Shown here piece by piece: positions 10,274-19,753 of a stretch of DNA of 64,000 nucleotides; the stretch's first letter is position 1; the number at the start of each line of letters is the position of its first letter. The notes below the pieces were generated by a model. The model searched no databases, had not been told where the DNA came from, and saw nothing but the letters and a program-made list of their open reading frames with translations. Source of the stretch: Bdellovibrionota bacterium (GTDB taxonomy: Bacteria > Bdellovibrionota_C > UBA2361 > CALJRW01). The stretch lies in assembly GCA_041740355.1 (NCBI GenBank), contig JBGSMD010000038.1, positions 1 to 64,000 of the forward strand, read 5' to 3'. Made by a program: the position numbers and the translations under genes.

Positions 10274-11485
10274 TTAAAGGGCAGCCGAACTCTGGGCTAC
10301 GCAAGCATTACTATCAAGCTCCGCAACACAATTTGCTGCAATCATTGCTTTTTGCTGTAACAAGGGAATCTCACGAGCAAGGATACCTTTAGTTTCTACG
10401 CGACATTCCCAATTATTAACTAAAAAGCTACTCATTTTATCAATCGAAAAATCTGCGAAATCGGTACAAGAATCAGAAATCCCTAACTGATCAAAATAAT
10501 GTTGAACTTTTGGCTGATAGGCAAGTCCCGCAATCGGAGTCCCAGAAGAGGATGCGAGAATCATGGCATGTAAACGCATCGCAAAAAGTAATGAAACTTT
10601 TGATAAGACGCCTTTAATCTGATAATGATCGTATTTTTTGTTATCAATCGAAGCGACCTGTTGCTTAACCTTTAAACGTCTACGAAATTCTGCTGTTAGT
10701 TCAATATCTCCATGGTAAGTACTCACTAATAAAAGTGGAGCTGTAATACTAACAGCAGCTTTGTTCACAGCACTAGCCATCAAATCTAAAAACTCGTTCA
10801 CAGTTATTTTAGCATTGCTTTGATTAGACCAAGTATTTAAATATTTATTAATATTTAATGCCATAATCTCTTCGTCTGGATTTAACCCAACGTCACGAAA
10901 GATTTTATTAATTTCTTCATCTGGAATACCAGGGGCATTTAATGCCGCATCTGCTGTCACAATAAAACGATTTTCAGGCACACCAATCTTACGAAGAACA
11001 TTTGCAGATCCCTCTTCCCGTACAGTAATAAAATCACAGACATCACAGACACGCTTTAACATCTTCTCGCCCATTGGAGTTGTGATAGGTCCAACACCAC
11101 AATTGTATAATCCTACTTTTTTACCAGCTTTTTTAGCGGCTGGTAAAAGGAAATAGAGCGAAGATAAGAAATTAAACATTGGATTATATAGTGAGCGATC
11201 GAACAACACGGCATCAAACACTAAAGATAAATCACTTTCGATAACAGCTTTTCTTGTTGGCAATCCAAACAACTTGATTGATCCAGTCCAAGGCATTACG
11301 TTAATTGCTTCAACATTGTTGGCACGATAAGTTTCATTTACAAAATTTGGGAAAAGAGTTGGAATTCGATATAGAAGTTTTCGTTGTAAGCGCAAATCAA
11401 TTGCATCCATAATGCCCGAAATTAAAGCTGCGTCCCCAGCATTACGACCAGCGGCTGAACCTAATAAACAAACTGTATTGATCAT
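10274..11485 (-). CDS. Polysaccharide pyruvyl transferase family (CsaB/WcaK-like)
   Basis: NAGDAA, GVGP, ITVRE, MRLHAMI, YQPKV. Confidence 0.9.
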   Translation of the reverse strand: MINTVCLLGSAAGRNAGDAALISGIMDAIDLRLQRKLLYRIPTLFPNFVNETYRANNVEAINVMPWTGSIKLFGLPTRKAVIESDLSLVFDAVLFDRSLYNPMFNFLSSLYFLLPAAKKAGKKVGLYNCGVGPITTPMGEKMLKRVCDVCDFITVREEGSANVLRKIGVPENRFIVTADAALNAPGIPDEEINKIFRDVGLNPDEEIMALNINKYLNTWSNQSNAKITVNEFLDLMASAVNKAAVSITAPLLLVSTYHGDIELTAEFRRRLKVKQQVASIDNKKYDHYQIKGVLSKVSLLFAMRLHAMILASSSGTPIAGLAYQPKVQHYFDQLGISDSCTDFADFSIDKMSSFLVNNWECRVETKGILAREIPLLQQKAMIAANCVAELDSNACVAQSSAAL

Positions 11486-11546
11486 GAAAAATAATTAACA
11501 AATAAAAATGTATGATTTAAGTCCTAATCCGAAGGCATAGATACAA

Positions 11547-11684
11547 AGTCCAAAAAAATTTACCTAAGGAAATTACTTTTTGGAGTTTTCTATCCCTCGG
11601 AGGGATAATAAAATCATCTAGTTATTACAAAAAATGAGATACCTAATCTTATTTATACGTAAATTATTTTTTTGAATAACTATA
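11547..11684 (+). mobile_element. MITE family A copy A3 (diverged)
   Basis: Same three-hairpin layout as A1. Confidence 0.8.
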
Positions 11685-11798
11685 ATTAGACTTAAAAGCC
11701 CCAGAACTGTACAACATTTAAGCCCTAAATGACAAATACCTTTATAAGGTTTATTAATAACTTTTGCCCTTATTTATCTTTGCTCTTAATTGTATTTA

Positions 11799-11963
11799 TA
11801 TAGTGAGTCCAAAAAATAAATTACTTTAAAAAACTAACGATTTTGCTTGACTCACTATTTATGTTGTTTTTAGCTATGCAAACTTGGATAAAACCAAGAT
11901 TTGCATTAGCCGTAATGACTCTGTTCAATTTACTAACGTAAATTATTTCTTGTCATTACTATA
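11799..11963 (+). mobile_element. MITE family B copy B2 (no inserts, 165 bp)
   Basis: TATAGTGAGTCCAAAAA...TTGTCATTACTATA; shares ends with family A. Confidence 0.85.
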
Positions 11964-12142
11964 TAATCTTAATCACTTAAACTTGAACCCAATATTTTTA
12001 TTTGCAGAGATTAAACTGTTCTTGTGTATGGATTTTGAAAATTGTCTGGCGGGAATTAATAATTTCTTTGGGAATATGATTTAGGAGGAGGGAGAAAGGA
12101 GGTGTGCGAGAAACCTCGCACACCAAACAACCGCTTAAGAAT

Positions 12143-12898
12143 TTAGCATTTGCTGCTATTGTAACATCTTGTCGGCTCTGGAATTCTAGCACAGGCACCA
12201 GAAGAATCCTTAGCATATACTTCAGAACTACCAGTGTTTTTTCTAGCTAAAGAAGCAATTGCTGATGGAGATTTTTGATCTCCACAACCTGTTCCACCAT
12301 AATGACGAGAGTCATAAGATGAAATAAAGTTCGGATACTCACCAATCTTATGAACGACATTACCATCACGATCATAAACTTGGATACAACTTGGATATGT
12401 ACCAGGACAGCCTCTTAATGCAATTAAGCTTGTACTGTTACTTCTAGGGTCAAAAGATGGGATATGATCAGATGCTTCTGACTTCCAAATTTCACAGGAT
12501 CTAAGTGCTCTAATTGAGCTACATACGGCTTCTATCCCATTTGGTGCAGAATTTCTTACTTTCCCAATTTTTTCAATCACATTCTTTTTGTTTGTAGCAA
12601 ACAAATCAGTTCCCCCTTTATTTTGACGAGGTTGGCAGACGAAACCAGAATAACCCTTACGAGCTTTTGATTTGTAATCTCCAAAATTTATGTTTTGATT
12701 ACGATCGGCTGAAGATAATTTCACAGTTAGTTTTTTACAAACAATTCGTTGCAAATCATCGTTAAACTTACAACTTTTGGTGTTAACAAAGTCTTCTTTG
12801 CTATCAGAATCAAAGTCACAACCAAAAACTCTTTCTGCCATTGCAAGCGTCGGAGCAAAAAATAGTGCCAAGGCACATACAAATATTAATTTACGCAT
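12143..12898 (-). CDS. Secreted cysteine-rich hypothetical protein
   Basis: Signal peptide MRKLIFVCALALFFAPTLAMA (probable start 12898); many Cys. Confidence 0.7.
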   Translation of the reverse strand: MRKLIFVCALALFFAPTLAMAERVFGCDFDSDSKEDFVNTKSCKFNDDLQRIVCKKLTVKLSSADRNQNINFGDYKSKARKGYSGFVCQPRQNKGGTDLFATNKKNVIEKIGKVRNSAPNGIEAVCSSIRALRSCEIWKSEASDHIPSFDPRSNSTSLIALRGCPGTYPSCIQVYDRDGNVVHKIGEYPNFISSYDSRHYGGTGCGDQKSPSAIASLARKNTGSSEVYAKDSSGACARIPEPTRCYNSSKC

Positions 12899-13080
12899 AA
12901 ATATTCCATTATAAAAATTACCCATACAAAATAACCGATTTAGTTAAAAGCCACAAGGTTCTACCCTGACCCATTTTTTTAAATAATCTAACTAGCATTT
13001 AGCATATTAAAAGCTAAAAAATTACAGAAAGTCTAGTATTATCGGTAGAATCAAAAATTGACAAGAAATTAACCGACAAA

Positions 13081-14328
13081 TTATGCCGCTCTTAATTTAG
13101 CCAAACGCTCACTCAAAGTTGGGTGAGAATAGTGAAAAAAACTATACCAAGTATGAGGCTTTAAATTACCTAAGTTTTTTTGATAAATTTTAATTAAGGC
13201 CTGTGACAGTGACTCGGCATTGCCGACTGCTTCCTTAGCAAAACGATCCGCCTGATATTCATACTTCCTTTGTAAAATTGAACTTACTGGAGTGAAAAAA
13301 TATAAAAAGGGTGAAATTAAAAAGGAGAATAACACCAAAGCAACCTCAGGACTGACCGAAGAAAATCCAAAAGCTTGATAAAAAGGCAAGTAATTAAAAA
13401 GCACACCGATTATTGCCAGAATAACAAATAAGACTACTGTCATCAGAAATAATTGTTTAGCGACGTGCTTTAACTTCTTATGTCCAATCTCATGAGCCAA
13501 CACAGCAATTATCTGTTCAACAGAAAGATTTTCTACTAAAGTATCAAACAAAACTACTCTTTGATTTTTCCCAAACCCTGTAAAGTAGGCATTACCATGA
13601 CTGGAACGCTTACTTCCATCCATTAAATAAACTTCATTTAAATCAAATCTTAATTTACCAGAAAGCTTAAAGATTGCTTCCCTTAATTCTCCGTCAGGAA
13701 ACCTTTCGAACTTATTAAAGAATGGCGCAATCCAGACTGGATAAATAAACAATAATAACGCCTGAAAACTAATAATAAAAAAATAGGCGAGCAACCACCA
13801 ATATTCAGGAAATGTGCGCACAAACCAAAGAATTCCCAAGATTAAAGGACTCATCAAGATAAAACTAAGCAATAAACCTTTAATTAAATCCTGAGTCCAT
13901 TGGGTCAAGGTAGATTTATTAAAACCATATTTCTCTTCGACAACAAATGTTGAGTACAGTTGTAATGGCAATTCAATTAATTGAAAAACAAAACTAATGG
14001 TAAGAATATAAACTAAGCCAAAAAAATAATAGCTATCAGGTATCCAGTAGCTTAAAAGCTTGTGAATAAAGACAAGCGAGCCACTAAAGATAATGCACAA
14101 TAAAATTAGATTTGAGTAGCAATGTGAAAATAATCCCAGTCTAGTCTTACTGGCCGAGTAATCTTGGGACTGGATTAGCGTTTCTGAGTTAAAATTTTCT
14201 AAAACTTCTTTGGTATAGGGAGTATCGGATTTTAATGCCCGAAGTTGTAGATAATTTAAAATTAATTCCCAAAGAAAAAAACAAATAAAGGCGCAAAGAT
14301 AAACTACCAAAAAGCTATTTAGAGCCAT
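13081..14328 (-). CDS. M48 family Ste24-like zinc endopeptidase
   Basis: DGSKRSSHGNAYFTG, HEIGH, EYQAD, SHPTLSER. Confidence 0.93.
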   Translation of the reverse strand: MALNSFLVVYLCAFICFFLWELILNYLQLRALKSDTPYTKEVLENFNSETLIQSQDYSASKTRLGLFSHCYSNLILLCIIFSGSLVFIHKLLSYWIPDSYYFFGLVYILTISFVFQLIELPLQLYSTFVVEEKYGFNKSTLTQWTQDLIKGLLLSFILMSPLILGILWFVRTFPEYWWLLAYFFIISFQALLLFIYPVWIAPFFNKFERFPDGELREAIFKLSGKLRFDLNEVYLMDGSKRSSHGNAYFTGFGKNQRVVLFDTLVENLSVEQIIAVLAHEIGHKKLKHVAKQLFLMTVVLFVILAIIGVLFNYLPFYQAFGFSSVSPEVALVLFSFLISPFLYFFTPVSSILQRKYEYQADRFAKEAVGNAESLSQALIKIYQKNLGNLKPHTWYSFFHYSHPTLSERLAKLRAA

Positions 14329-14329
14329 T

Positions 14330-14474
14330 TATAGTTATGAAAAAAAGTAATTTCACAATATTCAAAAGTTAGTTTTGTGGTTTTTATCATAACTATATGA
14401 GTGTATTATACCTCCGGGGGATAGTAATTCCCAAAAAGTACTTCCTAAGGGAAATTACTTTTTGGACTTACTAT
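14330..14474 (-). mobile_element. MITE family A copy A4
   Basis: Reverse match to A8; fills the whole galU-ste24 intergenic gap. Confidence 0.85.
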
Positions 14475-15352
14475 TTAACAAGAGTTTTTAGATATTCGAG
14501 TAATGGTTCACGTAACTCAGGACGCTTCAAGGCATATGCAACATTAGCTTTTACAAATCCAAGTGTATCTCCAGCGTCATAGCGTAGCCCTTGAAACTGA
14601 TGTCCAATAAAACCTTGCTCTTTACGGAGCATATTCATAGCATCAGTCAATTGAATTTCTCCACCCTTACCTGGATCAGTTTTTTCTAAGTAATCAAAAA
14701 TTTTCGGTGTTAATAAATAACGACCAACGATTGCTAAGTTGGATGGCGCTTCTGTTAATTTAGGTTTTTCAACCATAGCCGTGATTTCAATATTGCGATC
14801 GTCAAGCTTATCACCACTCACAATTCCAAATTTTGGGACATCAGAATCAGGGACTGGCATTAAGGCCACAACAGATTTTTGATATTTATTGTAAACCTCT
14901 ATTAACTGTTTACTACAAGGAATTTCTGAATCAACCAAGTCATCACCCAGAAGTACCATAAAAGGCTCATCACCAATCATCCGCTTAGCACACAACACGG
15001 CATGCCCCAAACCACGTGGTGCTCCTTGTCGAACAGCTACAATTTCTACCATCTGACTTACCGTTCTAAGTTTCTCAGCAAGCTCCGTTTTGCCTTCACT
15101 TAAAAGTTTTTTTTCTAAATCAGAATGTTGATCAAAATGATCTAAAATTGATTCTTTGCCTCGGGCTGTAACTAAAACAATTGTTTCAATACCTGACTGA
15201 ACAGCTTCCAAGATGATATGTTGAATTGTCGGCACATCAACAATTGGCAACATTTCTTTGGGAACAGCTTTAGTTGCTGGCAAAAATCTTGTACCCAAAC
15301 CGGCCGCAGGAATAACGGCTTTCCGAACGACATTTTTAACTGGCTGACTCAT
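14471..15352 (-). CDS. galU: UTP--glucose-1-phosphate uridylyltransferase
   Basis: AAGLGTRFLPATKAVPKEMLP, VEKP, GGEIQLTDA. Confidence 0.96.
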   Translation of the reverse strand: MSQPVKNVVRKAVIPAAGLGTRFLPATKAVPKEMLPIVDVPTIQHIILEAVQSGIETIVLVTARGKESILDHFDQHSDLEKKLLSEGKTELAEKLRTVSQMVEIVAVRQGAPRGLGHAVLCAKRMIGDEPFMVLLGDDLVDSEIPCSKQLIEVYNKYQKSVVALMPVPDSDVPKFGIVSGDKLDDRNIEITAMVEKPKLTEAPSNLAIVGRYLLTPKIFDYLEKTDPGKGGEIQLTDAMNMLRKEQGFIGHQFQGLRYDAGDTLGFVKANVAYALKRPELREPLLEYLKTLVK

Positions 15353-16071
15353 AGGATTTTATTTTTATTAGCTAAAAATTCTTTATGATGTGCAGAAATT
15401 ACTTCATACGCTTCATCTGGTGTATCGACAATTTTAATATTATCAAAGTCTTTAGCAGAAACCAACTCTCTTGCCAAAATCACATCTTTCATCCAAGCAA
15501 TTATACCATCCCAGAATGATTTATCCATCAAGACTATCGGCCTAGGAGTAATATGACCCACTTGCACTAATTGCCATGTAAAGAATAATTCCAAAACAGT
15601 TCCAATTCCACCTGGAGTACAAATTACAGCATTTGACATACTCATAAATTGATCTAATCGCGATGAGAAACGTAAGTGATGGTGCTTGATGTCTAAATGA
15701 TTATTTGGATCCGGCTCCCAAGGAAGTTCAATTGAAAGGCCAATAGATAAAGATTTTGTTTTGCGTTCTTGCTTGCCATGTCTTACGCCACGGTTACCAG
15801 CCTCCATTAAGCCAGGTCCTCCTCCAGTTAAAACATCAATTCCATCCCAAGCTAACATTCTAGCTAATTCATAAGCCTCTTGATATTCCACGTGCTCAGG
15901 TTTAATTCGGGCACTTCCAAAGATACAAACACGATAAAAGCGATTATCTTCTAAAGTTTTCAATTTTTCCTCTATCGCTACGGCACGTCGATGCAAAATC
16001 TTGAGGCGATCTTCTAAATGCCTCCTTCTTTCCCCTCGGTCGATTTTGGATTTATTTTTTACTTCATTCAT
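15349..16071 (-). CDS. LOG family protein
   Basis: FGSAR, TGGGPGLMEA, PGGIGTVLE. Confidence 0.9.
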   Translation of the reverse strand: MNEVKNKSKIDRGERRRHLEDRLKILHRRAVAIEEKLKTLEDNRFYRVCIFGSARIKPEHVEYQEAYELARMLAWDGIDVLTGGGPGLMEAGNRGVRHGKQERKTKSLSIGLSIELPWEPDPNNHLDIKHHHLRFSSRLDQFMSMSNAVICTPGGIGTVLELFFTWQLVQVGHITPRPIVLMDKSFWDGIIAWMKDVILARELVSAKDFDNIKIVDTPDEAYEVISAHHKEFLANKNKIL

Positions 16072-16108
16072 GGTAAACTTTTTTTTCTTAATTAATAATA
16101 GTTACTTA

Positions 16109-16507
16109 ATGTGGAATAATTTTCTATACGGCATTTGGCTTTCTGTGCCGATAATTTTTTTTACTCAATATAGTTATAACAGAATAACTGAAATGCGTAA
16201 AAAGAAACATGATCCAATTAATCGCTCTCAATATTATCTGCAAGTAGCTATTTTCACTGGAATCTGTTCAATATTTGCGATCTTACTTAATGAATATTTT
16301 CTGATTCCAACTATACCAAGTTTAACTAACACTGACTATGCCTTAGAAACAGTTCAAATTGTTTTCTATCCTATACTAGTCTCATGTTTGGCTCCATATG
16401 CAGGTTCAAACAAAGCACCGGAAACTTTACAAGATCATATTCAAAAGCATGGTTTACTAAAACCCTACAACAATGGGAAAGATAATGATCATAGCAGGCG
16501 TCGATGA
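16109..16507 (+). CDS. Hypothetical membrane protein
   Basis: Three hydrophobic segments; probable ATG at 16109; leads into rnhB. Confidence 0.55.
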   Translation: MWNNFLYGIWLSVPIIFFTQYSYNRITEMRKKKHDPINRSQYYLQVAIFTGICSIFAILLNEYFLIPTIPSLTNTDYALETVQIVFYPILVSCLAPYAGSNKAPETLQDHIQKHGLLKPYNNGKDNDHSRRR

Positions 16508-17036
16508 AGCTGGGCGTGGGCCTTTGGCAGGTCCTGTAGTAGCCGCGGCAGTAGTATTTCCAGAAGGTTATAAAAATCCCGAAATCAAAGATTCCAAACA
16601 ACTTTCGGCAAAAAAACGCGAACACTTAGTTAGTATTATCAAACGAGATGCCTTGGATTATGCCATCATTGCAGTTGGACATCACCGGATAGACTTAATT
16701 AATATTAGGGCAGCCAGCTTACTAGCGATGAGTTTAGCCTTAAAAAGAGTTATTGCCGATCAGGTACTAATTGATGGAAATGCCTTAATTGAAACTAAGC
16801 TCCCGCAAGAAGCGATAATTAAAGGGGATCAGAAGTTTGTGCAGATTTCTGCTGCTTCGATCTTAGCAAAACAACATCGCGATCATTTAATGGAAATTAT
16901 TGATCAAAAATATCCGGGATTTAATTTTAAAAAGCATGCTGGTTACCCAACAAAATTTCACAAAGAAACAATTGCCAAAATCGGCCCTTCACCAATCCAT
17001 CGCAAAACATTTAAAGGAGTCAAAGAATTCATATAG
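16473..17036 (+). CDS. rnhB: Ribonuclease HII
   Basis: GVDEAGRGPLAGPV, DSK, KGD, SAASILAK, HAGYPT. Confidence 0.96.
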   Translation: MGKIMIIAGVDEAGRGPLAGPVVAAAVVFPEGYKNPEIKDSKQLSAKKREHLVSIIKRDALDYAIIAVGHHRIDLINIRAASLLAMSLALKRVIADQVLIDGNALIETKLPQEAIIKGDQKFVQISAASILAKQHRDHLMEIIDQKYPGFNFKKHAGYPTKFHKETIAKIGPSPIHRKTFKGVKEFI

Positions 17037-17415
17037 GTTTAATAAATTCTTGGGTTGGAGTGGTGAATTTCTAGCTTGTCGCTACTTGCAAGCAAAATTT
17101 TATTTAATTTTGAGTCGTAACTACCGTACAAAGCAAGGAGAACTCGATCTGATTGTTCTTAATAATAGGACAATTCACTTTATTGAAGTCAAAACTAGTC
17201 TTAGATCACACAAGAATTACTCTAATATCCTAAGAGTTAATCAAATAAAACAAAAGAAAATTAAATATCTAGCTGCTGACTATTTATTTAAACAACGCAA
17301 AAACTATATTAAGTATTATCCAAATCAGATTAGTTTTGATGTGATTTCAGTTAACTGGAGCGAGCTTTTAAAATTTAAACATGTTTTAATGCACTATCCG
17401 AATTATTTTAAATAA
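16900..17415 (+). CDS. yraN: YraN/UPF0102 family PD-(D/E)XK protein (true start uncertain)
   Basis: LGWSGE, RNYRTKQGELDLI, FIEVK, FDVI; usual neighbour of rnhB. Confidence 0.8.
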   Translation: MIKNIRDLILKSMLVTQQNFTKKQLPKSALHQSIAKHLKESKNSYRFNKFLGWSGEFLACRYLQAKFYLILSRNYRTKQGELDLIVLNNRTIHFIEVKTSLRSHKNYSNILRVNQIKQKKIKYLAADYLFKQRKNYIKYYPNQISFDVISVNWSELLKFKHVLMHYPNYFK

Positions 17416-17426
17416 AATTTATACTT

Positions 17427-17657
17427 ATGAGAAGATTATTATTTCGTTTAAAAGATTGTCCATACTGCAAGAATGCAGAAGATGCTTTAGACCAAGCTAA
17501 AATTAATTATCAAAAAATTGAGATTAATCACAATGACCGCAGCCTTATCGAGTTACTTTCTGGTCAAAGAACAGTTCCAATTTTAGTAGAAGTAATTGGT
17601 TCGGAGAGTCAAGATGATGATATAATTGCCTATGTAAAGAACCTCAAAAGTAGCTAA
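17427..17657 (+). CDS. Glutaredoxin family protein
   Basis: CPYC, SGQRTVP. Confidence 0.85.
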   Translation: MRRLLFRLKDCPYCKNAEDALDQAKINYQKIEINHNDRSLIELLSGQRTVPILVEVIGSESQDDDIIAYVKNLKSS

Positions 17658-17747
17658 AATCTGTTGTTCGTCTGCCCATAGAAAAATAGATAAAAATTTA
17701 GTCTGCAATATCAATGGGTTAGCTTTCTAAAAACTATAAATAAATGC

Positions 17748-17776
17748 TTGTAATGCGCTTCAACTCTTTATAACAT
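17748..17776 (+). promoter_or_regulatory. Putative sigma70 promoter of histone gene
   Basis: TTGTAA-N17-TAACAT about 95 bp before the ATG. Confidence 0.5.
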
Positions 17777-17872
17777 GTAGTTCTGTTAAATTTTAAGGAC
17801 GGTAGCTAGTTATAATAAATCTAAGTGATTATTAAAGCATTTCCGTCCACACAGATTTTTTTGGAGAATAAT

Positions 17873-18076
17873 ATGTCAGATAAAGAAGTACTAATCGTAG
17901 TTTCTAAACTTAAGTCCCACGTAAAGAAAGCACATAATATGAGTACAGCAGCAACCGTTCCTGCAGTGCTAAGTGATTATGTTGCTAAAATCATCACTAA
18001 AGCTGCGGAGCATGCTCAAAAAGATAAAAGAAAAACGATTATGGATCGTGACTTTAGCTTTTTAAACGAAGCATAA
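17873..18076 (+). CDS. Bacterial histone-fold protein, Bd0055/HBb-like (67 aa)
   Basis: EVLIVVSKLK...MST...VLS...A..DKRKTIMDRDF with the RKTx3D histone signature; GGAG RBS at 17863. Confidence 0.88.
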   Translation: MSDKEVLIVVSKLKSHVKKAHNMSTAATVPAVLSDYVAKIITKAAEHAQKDKRKTIMDRDFSFLNEA

Positions 18077-18117
18077 TCTCGGATTAAGTTAGCAGCACAC
18101 TTGTTGTGCTCCCTAAT

Positions 18118-18237
18118 TGTAAACGTTTAGAGTTTGAGTGGAAGTCAAATTTAAAAAATTGTGACTGTACTTACAGCACTGTGAGTATGCTGTTGAATTT
18201 ATTCTTTTGAAACTCCGCCAAAATCTAGACGTTTACA
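18118..18237. repeat. 120-bp element bounded by TGT...ACA inverted repeats
   Basis: TGTAAACGTTTAGAGTTTG vs rc of right end TGTAAACGTCTAGATTTTG. Confidence 0.6.
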
Positions 18238-19723
18238 TCCTTCCAAATACCTTTCTCTTAATCATCGCGATCTTATCCTGAGACCACTGTCGAAACTTTC
18301 GACGCTTACTGTTCAACCAAAGTAAACTATACCCACCATTCCCTAGAAAGAACCTTAAGACAACAGCACGAACTTTAAAGGGAAGAAAACAAAAAATATG
18401 GGTAAACATATTTATTTCTGTTTTTAGAAATTGTTTAAAACCAAGATTGGGCATTTTGATTTCATAATCTGAGTACTTTGGCACAGACTTACCTTGACGG
18501 CGACGAGTCTCAATTACTCTAAAGGATCTCCAAACTTTCTCTGTTGACATCATCTTATTACACTTCAAGGCTTCTTTCTTTGTAACCGATAAAGAAGTAA
18601 TTCGATTTTCTGCAACAAGTTCATTAACAAACTCTAATAATGCTGGCTGTCTTACCAGCGCAAAACTCCAGCCATCATGAAAATCAACTTGATCTTCGGG
18701 GGGCGACATCCAAGGATCTCCAATAGAAATATCGGCAAACTGCGCAAGTGCATCAAAGCAGGTCAAACATCTTTCGGGGCTGTATAGTCGGTAAAGAATA
18801 TTAATAATTTCCATGGAGGAGGGACGAAATCCCTTTTTATTAGGATAGTAGACTGGAGATAGGCTACCATCTTCAAATTCTAAATGTGGTGTTCCAGGAT
18901 GTTTTCCAACTCGGGAAATAAATTTCTTGGCTCGGTTTTTATCTTCTCCTAAACTATTCCAAATAATATTGTAGCCTTCTAACTCAACCGCCGCATGACA
19001 AAAGATGCCAATAGTAAAGACCACACGTTCTTTTAATTTCGTATCTAATTCGGCAGCTTTTAAAAAGCCATGGATCTGACAAGGAAGTCCAACTAAGGCA
19101 TATTTTCCTTCCACAGCTTTAATCTCAGCAAATGCAGAGTTAGTTGGAGCAATGGCATACTTAGATTTTAAAGATTTTAAAATCTCATCGCGTGTGCGCG
19201 CGATAATTGGCTTTCCTTTCCAAATTTCTTTTTCATCGCTCACGATTACTACAGCACCATCAATTTTACCTTTTTCTAAGGCAGCCAAAAGTATTTCTGT
19301 AACAAGTCCCCCGCTTGTAGAATGCTCTCGTAAATATGGATCGTTAGAATGAGCGATTAAAGAGTGAATAAATTGTCCATGGGTTGAGGTTAGATCCCCT
19401 TGTTCCCCAAATTTTTGTTGATGGTGAAATTTAAAATCAAATTCATCGCCGGGGCAAACCTTTACACAGAGATCGCAGTCAGTACAGGCAGCAAGGTTTT
19501 TTATGGTGGGATATGATCGATCGTCAGTAGTTAAAACACCAGTTGGACAAATACCAACACAACTTCCACAACGGTGACAGAGGCCGCCATCAATGATTTG
19601 AGCTAAGGACCTTAGAGCACGCGGTTGAGAAACATCTTGTAAATTATTTGATAGTTGCTCCTTAAAAGGACTAGCCTGCTTTAAGCTATTTTCATTTGGT
19701 ATGATTCTGAGCAAATTCGACAT
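18233..19723 (-). CDS. Coenzyme F420 hydrogenase/dehydrogenase beta-subunit (FrhB) family Fe-S protein
   Basis: Two 4Fe-4S motifs CHRCGSCVGICP and CTDCDLCVKVCP; SGGLVT, GLPCQ, GIFC, ADISIGD. Confidence 0.9.
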   Translation of the reverse strand: MSNLLRIIPNENSLKQASPFKEQLSNNLQDVSQPRALRSLAQIIDGGLCHRCGSCVGICPTGVLTTDDRSYPTIKNLAACTDCDLCVKVCPGDEFDFKFHHQQKFGEQGDLTSTHGQFIHSLIAHSNDPYLREHSTSGGLVTEILLAALEKGKIDGAVVIVSDEKEIWKGKPIIARTRDEILKSLKSKYAIAPTNSAFAEIKAVEGKYALVGLPCQIHGFLKAAELDTKLKERVVFTIGIFCHAAVELEGYNIIWNSLGEDKNRAKKFISRVGKHPGTPHLEFEDGSLSPVYYPNKKGFRPSSMEIINILYRLYSPERCLTCFDALAQFADISIGDPWMSPPEDQVDFHDGWSFALVRQPALLEFVNELVAENRITSLSVTKKEALKCNKMMSTEKVWRSFRVIETRRRQGKSVPKYSDYEIKMPNLGFKQFLKTEINMFTHIFCFLPFKVRAVVLRFFLGNGGYSLLWLNSKRRKFRQWSQDKIAMIKRKVFGRM

Positions 19724-19753
19724 GAGATGTAAGTAGCATTTTTAAAATGAAAT

